A DNA stretch of 64,000 bases from Cyanobacteria bacterium auto_48_18 (GCA_036170915.1 JAVHQC010000020.1:96001-160000); one strand, 5' to 3'. Shown: positions 24,129 to 34,669, counted from the first letter of the stretch. Made by a program: numbers and translations. The notes: generated by a model from the sequence alone, not told the origin.

Positions 24129-26003
24129 GTGGTAATGAGCGGCGACCGAACTACATTTAATACCACTTCAACGCCGCAACGCGACCTGCGGCCGAAAGTT
24201 GTGATTTTGGCATTGATAGTGGTGCTGGCTATGGGAGCTCTTGTAGCGAGGCTCGTCTGGCTGCAAATTTTGCAGAACAATTATTACAAGAATCAAGCAG
24301 TGGAAAATTCCACTCGCGTAACTTTTCTACGTGCACCACGTGGCAATATTTATGACCGCCACGGTAGTTTGCTGGCCACCAATAAGCAGTCATTGTCAAT
24401 GATAGCAATTCCGGCCCAGCTCGATAACGTTAAAGATCTGGCCACCAGACTGAGTCGCGTTCTCAATGAACCATATCCTAAAGTTTTGCAGGAATTGCTT
24501 AAGGCTAAAGCTTCAGGTTCGGTTTTGCCGGTGGTAATTGATCACGACGTTGATATGAATATTGTCTCGCGATTTTTTGAGAACAAGCTTTTTTTGCCGG
24601 GTATCGACATCATGCCCGACATCAGCCGAAGCTATCCTAATGCTGAAGTAACCGCTCACGTGCTGGGTTACTGCGGATCAATCTCGCAGGCACAACTTTT
24701 GCACAAACCATCAAGAAAGATGGGAGATGTGGTTGGCCAGGATGGAGTTGAGAGACTTTATGACGATCAGCTACGCGGTATTGATGGTGAGCAAAGAGTA
24801 CGAGTGAACGCCATGGGCAATTCGCTTTCTGCCGCTACTTCTCATCCGCAAATTACTAAAGAGCCTGTGGCAGGAAAACCTTTGGTTCTCTCCATTGACC
24901 TTGATTTGCAGAAGGCTGCATACGAGGCTCTGGGGCCGCGTTCAGGAGCAATTGTAGCCATTGATCCACAGAATGGCGAAGTGCTCGCTATGGTTTCTCG
25001 GCCGAGTTATGACCCTAATGTCTTTACTAAAAGAATTACACCGGCCGTCTGGAAGCGCATTAATGCTCCGGACCATCCGCTTTTTAATCGCGCCCTTTCT
25101 GGCTATCCGCCAGGTTCAATCTGGAAAGCGATTACTTTATTAGCAGCGCTGCAATGTGGTGCTGTTAAACCTGATACCAAGCTTCATGTTTCTGGCGGCA
25201 TTTCTCTAGGTGGTTTCTTCTTTGGCGACTGGACCAGCACCACCGGTCTGTTTGACCTGGTCAAATGTCTGGCCTGGTCACGAGATTCGGCATTTTATCA
25301 AATGGCTCTCAAGATGAAGCCTGAGCAAATTAAAGAGTGGGCAGTAAAATTCGGTGCCGGTCGTCCCACAGGTCTCGAGTTGCGTCATGAAGGGAAAGGT
25401 CTGGTACCGGACTCGGCCTGGAAAGAGCGTGTCTATCACGAAAAGTGGTATCCGGGAAATACTCTGCACATGTCGATTGGACAAACTTACGTGCAAGTTA
25501 CTCCGGCTCAAGCTGCCAGAATTTTTGGCGGCCTTGGTATGAAAGGAAAAATACCAAACTTGCATTTAGTGATGAAAATTGCTGACAGGCAGATTCCTGC
25601 ACCTAAATGCGAAATGGTTAAGACCAATCCAGTTTATTTGAAAGTGGTCCTCGATGGACTTAAAGCTGTGGTCGCCAGTGGCACCGGCGGCGCCACCAGG
25701 TTGGGTGACGTTGCTGTCGCTGGAAAGACCGGATCTGCTGAGGCACCACCCGCCGGAAGTAAGACGCACGCATGGTTTGCTTGCTATGCGCCGGCGGATA
25801 AGCCGCGTATTGCTGTTGCCTGTTTTGTCGAGCATGGTGGCCACGGCGGGAGTACCTGTGCTCCGTTGGCTAAAGTTGTTCTCGAAAAGTTCTTTGCTGT
25901 ATCTAAACCAGTAGCGGACGATAAAGAAAAACCGCCAGAGCCTCCTGCTAAGACCAAAACCACAAAAAATAAGAATGGCAAAAAGAGATCAGCTGTTCGC
26001 TAG
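24129..26003 (+). CDS. mrdA: Penicillin-binding protein 2
   Basis: APRGNIYDR, SxxK (SIWK), SRD and KTG motifs; synteny with mreBCD. Confidence 0.93.
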   Translation: MVMSGDRTTFNTTSTPQRDLRPKVVILALIVVLAMGALVARLVWLQILQNNYYKNQAVENSTRVTFLRAPRGNIYDRHGSLLATNKQSLSMIAIPAQLDNVKDLATRLSRVLNEPYPKVLQELLKAKASGSVLPVVIDHDVDMNIVSRFFENKLFLPGIDIMPDISRSYPNAEVTAHVLGYCGSISQAQLLHKPSRKMGDVVGQDGVERLYDDQLRGIDGEQRVRVNAMGNSLSAATSHPQITKEPVAGKPLVLSIDLDLQKAAYEALGPRSGAIVAIDPQNGEVLAMVSRPSYDPNVFTKRITPAVWKRINAPDHPLFNRALSGYPPGSIWKAITLLAALQCGAVKPDTKLHVSGGISLGGFFFGDWTSTTGLFDLVKCLAWSRDSAFYQMALKMKPEQIKEWAVKFGAGRPTGLELRHEGKGLVPDSAWKERVYHEKWYPGNTLHMSIGQTYVQVTPAQAARIFGGLGMKGKIPNLHLVMKIADRQIPAPKCEMVKTNPVYLKVVLDGLKAVVASGTGGATRLGDVAVAGKTGSAEAPPAGSKTHAWFACYAPADKPRIAVACFVEHGGHGGSTCAPLAKVVLEKFFAVSKPVADDKEKPPEPPAKTKTTKNKNGKKRSAVR

Positions 26004-26145
26004 GTGTTTTTTTAGAGGCAGCTTCAATATGCACCGTATATAGAGTCGTTCGTTGTCTAAAAAAAGTGGACAACGGCGCCAATTCTGGCCATAATAGGCC
26101 ACGCACATAGCCATTTTATTTGTCCGCCAAGCGAGGGATTTCGAT

Positions 26146-26862
26146 ATGACCAGTCAACCACTGCTTTCAGAAACCATCGCCAATACTATCGATCCTTCGG
26201 TTGTCGAGTCACAAATTACTTCAAGCACTACGCGTGAAACTGAGTCGCTTGAAACATCTACCGCTGAGCGGGTTTCCACTGAAGATGTTGATCTCGACTC
26301 CTTCAACGCCGAACCGGAAGACGAAAGTGTCAGCAAGAATGAGATAACCGCAGTAAAAAATCTTGTTACTGGAGATGATCGAGTCTCTAAAAAAGATCTG
26401 GTGCAGTTGCTAGAAGGCTTTGTCAGCATTCTTAAAACTGACGCGCAAAGCGAACTGGTACCGTATTCGCAGAATCAGCAACGTACGGAAGTTCATGTCA
26501 ACGACCGCACAGTCGAAGTCGATTCACTGCGTAATCTGGTCATTGAAGCCCAAGATACTATTATTAAGCTGTTGACTGACCGTGTCGAAGATCGCGCTCG
26601 CATAGCTGGTTTGGAGACACAGTTAAGCATTCTCCCTGACCTGCAGGCGCAAGCTGATAGAGCGATGATGGTTGCTGTTAGAACCGAAGATTACCGCGCT
26701 GAGCTAACTAAAGTAAAGTTTGAATTAGACCGTTTTCGCTTATTTAGAGTGCGCAGTGAAGTCGAGAAGAGAAAAGGCACTGTTTGGACGAAAATTCAGC
26801 GCTGGCTTTTACGTCGTCCGCATGTCACAGAAGACGATGCGGTAAAGCCGGTAAAGCCATAG
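26146..26862 (+). CDS. Hypothetical coiled-coil protein
   Basis: Acidic disordered N-terminus, coiled coil, C-terminal amphipathic VWTKIQRWLLRR. Confidence 0.7.
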   Translation: MTSQPLLSETIANTIDPSVVESQITSSTTRETESLETSTAERVSTEDVDLDSFNAEPEDESVSKNEITAVKNLVTGDDRVSKKDLVQLLEGFVSILKTDAQSELVPYSQNQQRTEVHVNDRTVEVDSLRNLVIEAQDTIIKLLTDRVEDRARIAGLETQLSILPDLQAQADRAMMVAVRTEDYRAELTKVKFELDRFRLFRVRSEVEKRKGTVWTKIQRWLLRRPHVTEDDAVKPVKP

Positions 26863-26919
26863 TTTAGGCCAGGGGTTGGTTCTTGCTTGGTGGCGCTTCG
26901 CGGGCATGTGTATAAATTG

Positions 26920-26947
26920 AAACTTGGATCGATATCGATCCAAGTTT
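26920..26947. repeat. Dispersed intergenic palindrome, copy 3 (perfect 28 bp)
   Basis: aaacttggatcgat|atcgatccaagttt. Confidence 0.95.
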
Positions 26948-26989
26948 TGCCTTTATACCCCAAAATCAAATCTGACAGCCTACCCCAAA

Positions 26990-27880
26990 TTAGGGGCCGA
27001 AAATCGCACAGTCTTTCATTTTGCCACGGAGTCGCGCAATGCCAATTTCCGTTACTTTCGTATCTCGTAGCTCGAGATGTTCCAGTTGTGTGGCTTCGGA
27101 CAGTGAATCCAGGCATTTGTCGGTGATTTGAGTACCATTGAGGAACAGCACTTTCAGGGCTGGCATATCTTTGACCTGAACCACGCTATCGTCACCCAGC
27201 GTTGTGTCATTTACGTACAGTGTACTTAGAGTCTTTAGTCCAATCAGTGATTTCATGGCAGCGGCTGAAAGCGCTGTATAGGAGAGATCTAGATCTTCAA
27301 TGCTGGCAGATTGGGAAAGGGCCTCGACTCCGGCATCGGTAATGGTTGCTGGCAGGTGCAAGTTCTTTAGCTTCGGCAAAGCGGCTAGTGCTTTCATGCT
27401 GCTGTTGGTGATTTTCGTGCTTTTTAGAATCAGGCTAGTGAGCGAGGTCACTCCCTGCAAAACAGGAAGCATCTGGTCATCCACTGAGCTACCTGTTAGC
27501 CAAAGAGTCTCAAGGCATGAACTTTCGTTTAAGTTGATGAAATCTTGAGTGGTCAAGTTCAGAAAATCAAGGCGCAGCTCATTCAATGCTGACAGCTTCA
27601 TTATTGCTGCCAAAAATGAAGCAGAATATTTGGAAGTGGAAAGATCCATGGAATGAATTTGGCCCAGGGCCGACGAGCTGCCTTCTGCCATTTTTGCGTC
27701 GACATCGTGCGCCAGAGCCAGTCCGATCATTGATTCGGGCGGCAGGTTTAGTTTGACTTCACCGGCCGCCTGGCCTACCCAGGTGCGGTTGTGAGGAAAA
27801 ACTTGCTTTGATAAGTAAAGGTTGCCCAGGGTGTGTTGGGCCGGAAAAGTCAAAATCTGCTCTTTTGTCGTCGCTACCAA
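26990..27880 (-). CDS. Leucine-rich repeat protein
   Basis: About 24-aa repeats of pattern LxxLxLxxTxITD (e.g. LKVLFLNGTQITD, LEHLELRDTKVTE). Confidence 0.88.
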   Translation of the reverse strand: MVATTKEQILTFPAQHTLGNLYLSKQVFPHNRTWVGQAAGEVKLNLPPESMIGLALAHDVDAKMAEGSSSALGQIHSMDLSTSKYSASFLAAIMKLSALNELRLDFLNLTTQDFINLNESSCLETLWLTGSSVDDQMLPVLQGVTSLTSLILKSTKITNSSMKALAALPKLKNLHLPATITDAGVEALSQSASIEDLDLSYTALSAAAMKSLIGLKTLSTLYVNDTTLGDDSVVQVKDMPALKVLFLNGTQITDKCLDSLSEATQLEHLELRDTKVTEIGIARLRGKMKDCAIFGP

Positions 27881-28022
27881 GATAAATTCTCCAGTGGATT
27901 TATGGGAGAAACCGGGGGAGCCATATTGTAAGGCTTAACCGCTCTGACCTATAGTGGTTGTGTGGTCAAGTGTTACGGCTGCGCATAGAATCAGTCAAAG
28001 CAAAAAAGAGAAAGATACAAGA

Positions 28023-29330
28023 ATGTCGCAGTGGAATCGATATGAAGAAGACTACTCCAGCGGCGGCTATCGCCAGGATGTGGCCTATCAGAACGGCATA
28101 TTTGACGATTATGCGATGCCTAATCGCCAGGTTAATCGAGATTATGATCGTGGCTATGACCGGTATGACCGTGGCTATGACCGTAATTATGATCGTGGCT
28201 ATGACCGCGGCAATCTGGCAATGTCCGTCTCTTTGGGCCCAGTAGATTTTCTTCTCGGTAGTATTGCGAATGGCGGGAATGGCGCTTTTGGCATTCACAG
28301 CGGAAGATACGGACACCACCAGGGTCAACAATGGGGACGCCAGACCTATTTGACTCCAGACTATAACTATCGGCGTGGCTATGAAGACTTTGGCGAATCA
28401 TCTTATAACGTCGCTCAGGGATATCGTCCGCAAACCAGATTCGGCGATTCTTTCCGCCAGGATATTTACGATTCGCGCTTCCATAGGCACCATGACAGAA
28501 ACCAGATGAACTTTGATCTGCGTTTCGATGGAGGCCGCCAGTATCAGTCTGAGCGCTATTCGAGACCTTATATTCAAGAAGATTACAGAAGCTATGAACG
28601 TGAACGCTATGTGGAGCCTCGCCCGCGTATGCCTGAGCGCGAGTATGTCCAGGAAAATTATGACAGTAACTATTTAGAAGAGACCGTCCAGACTGAGCGC
28701 ACCCGTGAAGTGCAAACAGACGACCGTCCAACTCGTACATTGCCGACCAACGCAATGAGCGAGTACGACTGGGCTGTCTACACTAAACTTTGCAATACCG
28801 CCGAAGGGCTGATTGGCAAACGCACAACCGATTATGACAAGCGCGTGCCGACAGACAGGCTGGGTTGCGTCAAGGCCGTGAGCCTGCTCGTTGATCAAGC
28901 ATTCGGCTATGATACCAATGACGTCAACACTCGCACCTTTGAGAAAAATCTGCGCAACAAAGGCTTTGCCGAAGTGGCTGTAAGTGATATTAAGCCGGGC
29001 GATGTAATTCTTGGCTATCGCGCTGACGGTGACTATTCGCATGCCGCTTTGTATATGGGAAATGGCAAAATTTTCAATAACGATAGCGATGCCGGTACGA
29101 TGCAAATTCAATCGATTGATAAATTCAACTCGACTGAATACAAACGCTTTGTGATTTTGCGCCACCCGCCAAAAGTTCCTGGAGTAACAGGAGTAGCTGA
29201 AAAGAGCAACACAGCAACCGGTTCTTACGAAGCCGATGCTCAAATGCAACGCGGCGAGCAGCAGCAGCTGAACGTAGATCCGGAAGAAGATTTTCGGCCG
29301 GCTCCAACTCAGTCGCGCGCCAAGCGTTGA
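28023..29330 (+). CDS. Protein with Tyr/Arg/Asp/Gly low-complexity N-terminus and C-terminal NlpC/P60-like (papain-fold) domain
   Basis: GCVKAVS (Cys), KPGDVI and SHAALYMGNG (His); YDRG repeats; in-frame ATG at 28023 preferred over the track start at 27954. Confidence 0.75.
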   Translation: MSQWNRYEEDYSSGGYRQDVAYQNGIFDDYAMPNRQVNRDYDRGYDRYDRGYDRNYDRGYDRGNLAMSVSLGPVDFLLGSIANGGNGAFGIHSGRYGHHQGQQWGRQTYLTPDYNYRRGYEDFGESSYNVAQGYRPQTRFGDSFRQDIYDSRFHRHHDRNQMNFDLRFDGGRQYQSERYSRPYIQEDYRSYERERYVEPRPRMPEREYVQENYDSNYLEETVQTERTREVQTDDRPTRTLPTNAMSEYDWAVYTKLCNTAEGLIGKRTTDYDKRVPTDRLGCVKAVSLLVDQAFGYDTNDVNTRTFEKNLRNKGFAEVAVSDIKPGDVILGYRADGDYSHAALYMGNGKIFNNDSDAGTMQIQSIDKFNSTEYKRFVILRHPPKVPGVTGVAEKSNTATGSYEADAQMQRGEQQQLNVDPEEDFRPAPTQSRAKR

Positions 29331-29406
29331 GACCGCCTGTAGTATCAAGTATTAGCTTGCGCCTGTAATGCTATTACGCTGGCTTCAGTAACATAGAGCG
29401 ATGCGT

Positions 29407-30963
29407 TTACTTAGCACTCGTGGGCTTAAGGGTCTCTTCAATGCGCTTGAATATAGGCCCGGCATTGCGCACTTTTTGCCCTGCAGGAATCATGTCAAAA
29501 AATCCATCAGGCCGATCGCTGTCACCAAAGACTTCAAGGTCGTCGTCGTGGCCTAACTGCCACCATAAGTCTGATGCCAGTTTGGGCGCAAAAGGATATA
29601 TTTGAAAAGCCATGCGCCTGAGCATTTCAACTGAAGTATAAAGCACTTCTTGGCCTTCCTTGCTTTTGCCTTCTTTAAAGAGCGACCATGGTTTTTCATC
29701 GGCAAAATATTTGTTAGTCAAATCTACCAGTGCAAGAATAGAGTCAATCGCTTTGGCATACTCAAGTTTGACCATGTGGGCGTTGTAAACAACATGAAGT
29801 TCATTGGCATTTTCGCGAAGTAAATTTTCTGGTTTGGCGTCTGGAAGTTGGCTATCGCAATTGGTCTCTATCAGCTTCAGTGTGCGGCTGAGCAAATTAC
29901 CCATGCCGTTAGCCAGTGCGGAGTTGCAGGTGCTAATAAACTCGGCCTTCGAGAAATCACCATCTTGATCCATTGGTGTGCGACTGAACAAATAAAAGCG
30001 CACCGCGTCGGCGCCGTACTCTTCCACCAGTTTGTTTGGATCAATCACATTGCCTAGCGACTTGCTTATTTTCTGCCCTTCTACGGTAATAAATCCATGA
30101 GCGAAGATCTGCTTGGGCAGCGGAATACCGGCAGCGAGTAGGAATGCCGTCCAATAGATGCTGTGAAACTTAGTGATGTCTTTGCCAATTAAATGCAAGT
30201 CGGCTGGCCAGTATTTTTGAAACTGCTCGTCGTCAGTAAGATATCCACAGCCCGTGATGTAATTACTCAGCGCGTCCATCCACACGTAAATGACCTGGTC
30301 ATCATCGTCAGGCACAGGGATGCCCCAGGTCAGTGATTTTTTCGAACGGGAAACGCTGAAGTCACCGAGCTCAGGATCATTCAACTGATTGAGAACTTCT
30401 TTTCGTCGACCGTCCGGCTGCACAGCAGTCGGATTGGCTTCCAGCCAAGCTTGTATTTGTGGTTTGTATTTTGTCAGCTTGAAAAAATAATTTTCTTCTG
30501 CCACTTGCTTTGGTGGCTTAAGGTGATTGACGCAATTGCCGTTAGCATCTAGATCTCGCTCTCTGACAAAGTCTTCACAACCTTCACAGTAGAGCGCTGA
30601 GTAAGTTGATTTGTAAATGTCTCCTTGATCGCGCAATTTGCGAAACAAACTTTGCACCACTTTCTCATGATCGGCCTCAGTGGTGCGAATAAATCGATCG
30701 TAAGAGAGATTGAGATTGTTCCAACTCTCTTTGAACATCTCTGAAATTTCGTCGCAAAACGCTTGCGGTGTTTTGCCCGCTTGTTCTGCCGATCTTTGAA
30801 TCTTGATGCCGTGTTCATCAACCCCAGTGAGGAAACGGACGTCATAAGCTCTCATGCGGTAATAGCGCGCAATAACGTCGGCTGCAATTTTCTCGTAGGC
30901 GTGGCCGATATGCGGAGCGGCATTAACGTAATCGATGGCTGTTGTGACGTAGAACTTATTCAT
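29407..30963 (-). CDS. metG: Methionyl-tRNA synthetase (short form, no C-terminal tRNA-binding domain)
   Basis: YVTTAIDY, HIGH, GVDEHG and KISKS motifs. Confidence 0.97.
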   Translation of the reverse strand: MNKFYVTTAIDYVNAAPHIGHAYEKIAADVIARYYRMRAYDVRFLTGVDEHGIKIQRSAEQAGKTPQAFCDEISEMFKESWNNLNLSYDRFIRTTEADHEKVVQSLFRKLRDQGDIYKSTYSALYCEGCEDFVRERDLDANGNCVNHLKPPKQVAEENYFFKLTKYKPQIQAWLEANPTAVQPDGRRKEVLNQLNDPELGDFSVSRSKKSLTWGIPVPDDDDQVIYVWMDALSNYITGCGYLTDDEQFQKYWPADLHLIGKDITKFHSIYWTAFLLAAGIPLPKQIFAHGFITVEGQKISKSLGNVIDPNKLVEEYGADAVRFYLFSRTPMDQDGDFSKAEFISTCNSALANGMGNLLSRTLKLIETNCDSQLPDAKPENLLRENANELHVVYNAHMVKLEYAKAIDSILALVDLTNKYFADEKPWSLFKEGKSKEGQEVLYTSVEMLRRMAFQIYPFAPKLASDLWWQLGHDDDLEVFGDSDRPDGFFDMIPAGQKVRNAGPIFKRIEETLKPTSAK

Positions 30964-31132
30964 CGAGTTGAACGTATCCTTATTTGGAATGATTTAGATG
31001 GTTATTTCATTTACAATATCAGTAGACCATAATAGTACAGAGTGACAGAATGTTGATTCTTGAGCCAATTCGTTTTGAGCGTCAGCTCTTCAAAGAATTT
31101 GTTTGTGGCCGTCGTAACAGAGGTAAGGTGCA

Positions 31133-32410
31133 ATGACCATGAAGAAGTCTTCCAAGAAAAGAGATACCAAATTCGGCTTCGACTCCTTCAATCCACTTGA
31201 GAACAAGACGGTGTTGCTCGGCATTAGCGGTGGCATTGCTGCTTACAAAGCCTGTGATATCGCTTCCCAGTTGAGGCATGCTGGAGCTGATGTTCATGCT
31301 GTGCTCACTCCCAATGCAAAAGAGTTTATTACTCCACTTTCGCTAACGACTATAACCCGCAACCAGGCTCATTGTGAGCAATATGGACCGGCCGCAGATT
31401 GGCGTCCAGAGCATATCGATTTGGCCAAGAAAGCAGATTTGATTTTAATCGCTCCTGCCACTGCCGACATAATCGCTAAGCTTGCCAACGGCATTTGCGA
31501 TGACTTGCTAACTTCGATGGTGTTGGCATCACCGGCCAAAGTAATGATCGCTCCAGCGATGAATCCTCTAATGCTGCAGCATCCAGCCACTCAACATAAT
31601 CTGGCGATATTAGAGAATCGCTATCGCTACGACGTTATTCCACCAGAGTACGGCGAAGTCGCTTGCGGTGACTGGGGCACCGGGAAGATGGCTGCTGTTG
31701 AGACCATCATTGCTGCTGTAGCGGCCAGATTGCTAGCCCACTTGACCCTTTCAACCAAGCGATTATTGATCACCGCTGGTGGCACTCGAGAACCGATTGA
31801 TCCAGTGCGCTTTATCGGCAACCGCTCTTCCGGCAAAATGGGCATAGCTATGGCCGACGCTGCTCACGGTCGTGGGGCCGATGTAACTCTGGTTTCGACT
31901 GTCGATGTAGAACGAGCCTATCCGGTGATTGTGGTTGAGACTGCTCAAGAAATGCAAGATTCTGTAGAGTCAGAATTTGACGGCTGCGATGCACTGGTGA
32001 TGACCGCTGCTGTGGCTGATTTCCGACCACTGACTACCTCCACTCATAAAATTAAAAAGACTGATTCTGAGGACTTAGTTTTAGAGCTAACTAAAAATCC
32101 AGACATTATCGATTTGCTGGGACGTGTCAAACGCAAAGACCAGGTGATCATTGGCTTTGCTGCTGAGTCTGAGGCCTTGCTTTCGAACGCCACTCAAAAG
32201 CTCAAGCGTAAGAATCTCGATGTCATTGTCGGTAACGATATCTCGGTGCCTGATATCGGTTTTGGCTCAGACGATAATGCCGTTATTATTCTCAATTCTG
32301 ATGGCACTAAAGAGAGTTTGCCGCGTATGCCAAAAAGGGCAATTGCAGAGCACCTCTGTGACCTGCTTGCTGAGCGTTTTCAAGTCATAGAAAAGACGCC
32401 TGTCCACTGA
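31133..32410 (+). CDS. coaBC: Bifunctional phosphopantothenoylcysteine decarboxylase/ligase
   Basis: [37 protein letters not shown] and GFAAES motifs. Confidence 0.96.
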   Translation: MTMKKSSKKRDTKFGFDSFNPLENKTVLLGISGGIAAYKACDIASQLRHAGADVHAVLTPNAKEFITPLSLTTITRNQAHCEQYGPAADWRPEHIDLAKKADLILIAPATADIIAKLANGICDDLLTSMVLASPAKVMIAPAMNPLMLQHPATQHNLAILENRYRYDVIPPEYGEVACGDWGTGKMAAVETIIAAVAARLLAHLTLSTKRLLITAGGTREPIDPVRFIGNRSSGKMGIAMADAAHGRGADVTLVSTVDVERAYPVIVVETAQEMQDSVESEFDGCDALVMTAAVADFRPLTTSTHKIKKTDSEDLVLELTKNPDIIDLLGRVKRKDQVIIGFAAESEALLSNATQKLKRKNLDVIVGNDISVPDIGFGSDDNAVIILNSDGTKESLPRMPKRAIAEHLCDLLAERFQVIEKTPVH

Positions 32411-32426
32411 TTGCGGTCTCGTCTGA

Positions 32427-32455
32427 AAACTTAGATCGATATCAATGCAGGGTTT
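32427..32455. repeat. Dispersed intergenic palindrome, copy 4 (degenerate)
   Basis: aaacttagatcgat|atcaatgcagggttt, starting 17 bp after the coaBC stop. Confidence 0.7.
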
Positions 32456-32628
32456 AATTTGGGGTAGTTATCCAACTATCCCGCGACTATCTTTCAAGCA
32501 AAATTGGGCCGGCTTTAAAAGAATGGCGTTAAACAAGCATTCACACATAGATCATTCGAGGCTATATATAAGCACTGAGTGATATACTCCGTGTCTGAAT
32601 ATCGGGGTCGGAGGCCAGTAGAAACTTT

Positions 32629-32973
32629 ATGGGTAGAGCCAATCAATCGCAAGATCAATCCATGCAAAAAGCCGGTGGCGGCTTGGGATCCCTTCTCACA
32701 GGACTGGTTTTGGGCATGCTCGGCGGCGTTACTTTAGCTCTGCTGACAGCACCAAAATCTGGTAGTGAGACAATCAACGTCATTCAAAGAAGCGCTAAAG
32801 ATGTGCCAGAGCGCCTTGGTGAAGTTGTAGACGACTCTCTTGACCTTTACGCTTCCCTTCTCAACTATTGCCAACTGAGCGTAGAAGAGCAAGGCTTGCG
32901 CTTTAAAAGAGCTCTGGCTGCGGGCAAATTAGCCGCTGCTAAAAAGCGTGAAGAAATCGAAATCGGCGGTTAA
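32629..32973 (+). CDS. YtxH-domain protein
   Basis: GLVLGMLGGVTLALLTAPKSG motif. Confidence 0.8.
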   Translation: MGRANQSQDQSMQKAGGGLGSLLTGLVLGMLGGVTLALLTAPKSGSETINVIQRSAKDVPERLGEVVDDSLDLYASLLNYCQLSVEEQGLRFKRALAAGKLAAAKKREEIEIGG

Positions 32974-32983
32974 TGAGCTTTCG

Positions 32984-33039
32984 GTTCAATGTCCAAAGTT
33001 CAATCTCCAAAATTCAAAGTTCAGCGTTCAATGTTCGAC
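32984..33039. repeat. Degenerate heptamer tandem repeat (GTTCAAT-like, STRR-type)
   Basis: gttcaat gtccaaa gttcaat ctccaaa attcaaa gttcagc gttcaat gttcgac. Confidence 0.7.
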
Positions 33040-33097
33040 GTCTTGTTCAATGATCAGCATTTCCAGCAGGTTTCAACCTAGATAAAAGGGGTTTTTT

Positions 33098-33532
33098 GTG
33101 GAGCACGTTACGTCTTGGATGGACATCTTAGTGGCCGTGGCCCTTATTTTCCTGGCCGTGTCACTAATGGCAGTCAGTCTGCCTTTGATGTCGATGGTGA
33201 AACAGTCTGAGCGCACTCTTTCCGCTTTAGAACGCCTTTTCGGCACCATCGATCGCGAATTGGGACCAACGCTGAAGCAGGTCGACACACTTCTCGGTAC
33301 TGTGCTTGAGCTCAAGACTAGCGCTGAAAAACGTATTACTGAAGTGGGCTCTAAAGTTGGCGATGTCAAAGGTGGTCTGACTAAAATTACCGGTGAAGCC
33401 AAGAAGCAGTCTTCTGTCTTTGGCGCCGGGTTATTCGCGGGCATACGTTCTTATATCGAGCGACCCGATAAAGCCCGCCAGGAATCAGCAAAAGAAAATG
33501 AAGCAATGAGACTGTCCGAAGTGGGCAAATAA
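33098..33532 (+). CDS. DUF948/YoxC-like membrane-anchored coiled-coil protein
   Basis: N-terminal TM then helical region; flanked by YtxH genes, a known association. Confidence 0.7.
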   Translation: MEHVTSWMDILVAVALIFLAVSLMAVSLPLMSMVKQSERTLSALERLFGTIDRELGPTLKQVDTLLGTVLELKTSAEKRITEVGSKVGDVKGGLTKITGEAKKQSSVFGAGLFAGIRSYIERPDKARQESAKENEAMRLSEVGK

Positions 33533-33559
33533 AATTCAGTAAGGATTGAGGTGAAATAA

Positions 33560-33892
33560 ATGAGCAGATTTCTAGAAGGGTTGGTGGTTGGTGGAGTGTT
33601 GGGCTACATTGTTGGCATTCTATCTGCTCCTAAGTCTGGCGCAGAGTTGAGACAGCAAATCGCCGACAATTCGGAAGACTTATATAAGCAAGCATCTGAC
33701 TCTCTCGTTGATATTCGCGAGAAAACTGGCACTGTGATCAATGAAGCTCAAACCAAAGGCACCGAAGTCTTCAAGAAAGCTTCAGACTCAGTGGTGGGCA
33801 CTAAAGATCAAATTGCGCAGAAGCTCCAGGAGTTGGCTGGCCAAAGCACCAAAGTAATGGTTGACGATGTGGAAAGTGCCACCTCGGGCTAA
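33560..33892 (+). CDS. YtxH-domain protein
   Basis: FLEGLVVGGVLGYIVGILSAPKSGAELR motif; GAGGTG SD. Confidence 0.85.
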   Translation: MSRFLEGLVVGGVLGYIVGILSAPKSGAELRQQIADNSEDLYKQASDSLVDIREKTGTVINEAQTKGTEVFKKASDSVVGTKDQIAQKLQELAGQSTKVMVDDVESATSG

Positions 33893-33910
33893 CAGTTAGA
33901 GATAGATTGA

Positions 33911-34669
33911 TTGAATAAGAAAAATTCCAGTCCCAAGCGGCTGCTGAGGCTTAATCGTGCTTTAGCGGCCACTGGCCTTTGTTCTCGTCGCAAGGCTGAT
34001 GTGTTGATCGCCGAAGGTCAGGTTCGCCTTAACGGCGAAGTGGTGACCGATTTTAATCGGTTGGTAGACTTGGGCCGAGACAAACTGGCTGTGGACGGTG
34101 TTCCCCTTCATGGCAAGCGGCTCGAGTATGTTGTCATGAATAAGCCCAAAGGTGTGGTGGTAACTTGCGACGATGATCGTGGCAGGCGCACTGTAATCGA
34201 TCTGTTACCAGAAGAGTTGATGCATCTCAAGCCGGTGGGCCGGCTAGATTCAGATTCCGAGGGGCTCTTGCTGCTCACCAATGACGGAGACTTGGCCCGT
34301 TTCCTTACCCACCCCTCTCACGAAGTGCCCAAGCTTTATAGAGTCAACGTGGAAGGCGACATATCCAAGAATGCGATAACGGCACTGCGACAGGGAGTGC
34401 GGTTGTCAGAAGGAATGACTGAGCCTGCCTTCGTGCGTAAAATTTCTGCAAATACTCGTTATTCTCAAATCGAAATTGAGCTAACGGAAGGCAAGAATCG
34501 GCAGATCAGGCGGATGTTAGCTCAGGTTGGTTACAGAGTAACGCGTTTGGTCAGGGTTGCCATTGGTGGGTTACAATTAAGTCAACTGGAGTCTGGATCG
34601 TGGCGGCATCTGAACAATCAGGAATTGGCCTTCCTGCGAGCTGCTGAGGCGGAGCAAAACGTAGAATAG
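33911..34669 (+). CDS. rluB: RsuA/RluB-family pseudouridine synthase
   Basis: S4 domain (SRRKAD), NKPKG, GRLDSDSEGLLL and EGKNRQIRRM motifs. Confidence 0.85.
   Translation: MNKKNSSPKRLLRLNRALAATGLCSRRKADVLIAEGQVRLNGEVVTDFNRLVDLGRDKLAVDGVPLHGKRLEYVVMNKPKGVVVTCDDDRGRRTVIDLLPEELMHLKPVGRLDSDSEGLLLLTNDGDLARFLTHPSHEVPKLYRVNVEGDISKNAITALRQGVRLSEGMTEPAFVRKISANTRYSQIEIELTEGKNRQIRRMLAQVGYRVTRLVRVAIGGLQLSQLESGSWRHLNNQELAFLRAAEAEQNVE

Noticed and set aside
26980..26992. 13-bp match (ctaccccaaatta) to the reverse complement of 32455-32467, both near palindrome copies
   Set aside because: Position and orientation relative to the palindrome differ and it overlaps a stop codon; may be chance.
27966..29348. 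Long antisense ORFs (121, 207 and 224 aa) over the NlpC/P60-like gene
   Set aside because: Shadows of a repetitive plus-strand CDS.
29411..29419. TTAGCACTC CIRCE half-site
   Set aside because: Lies within the metG 3' end and has no second arm 9 bp away.
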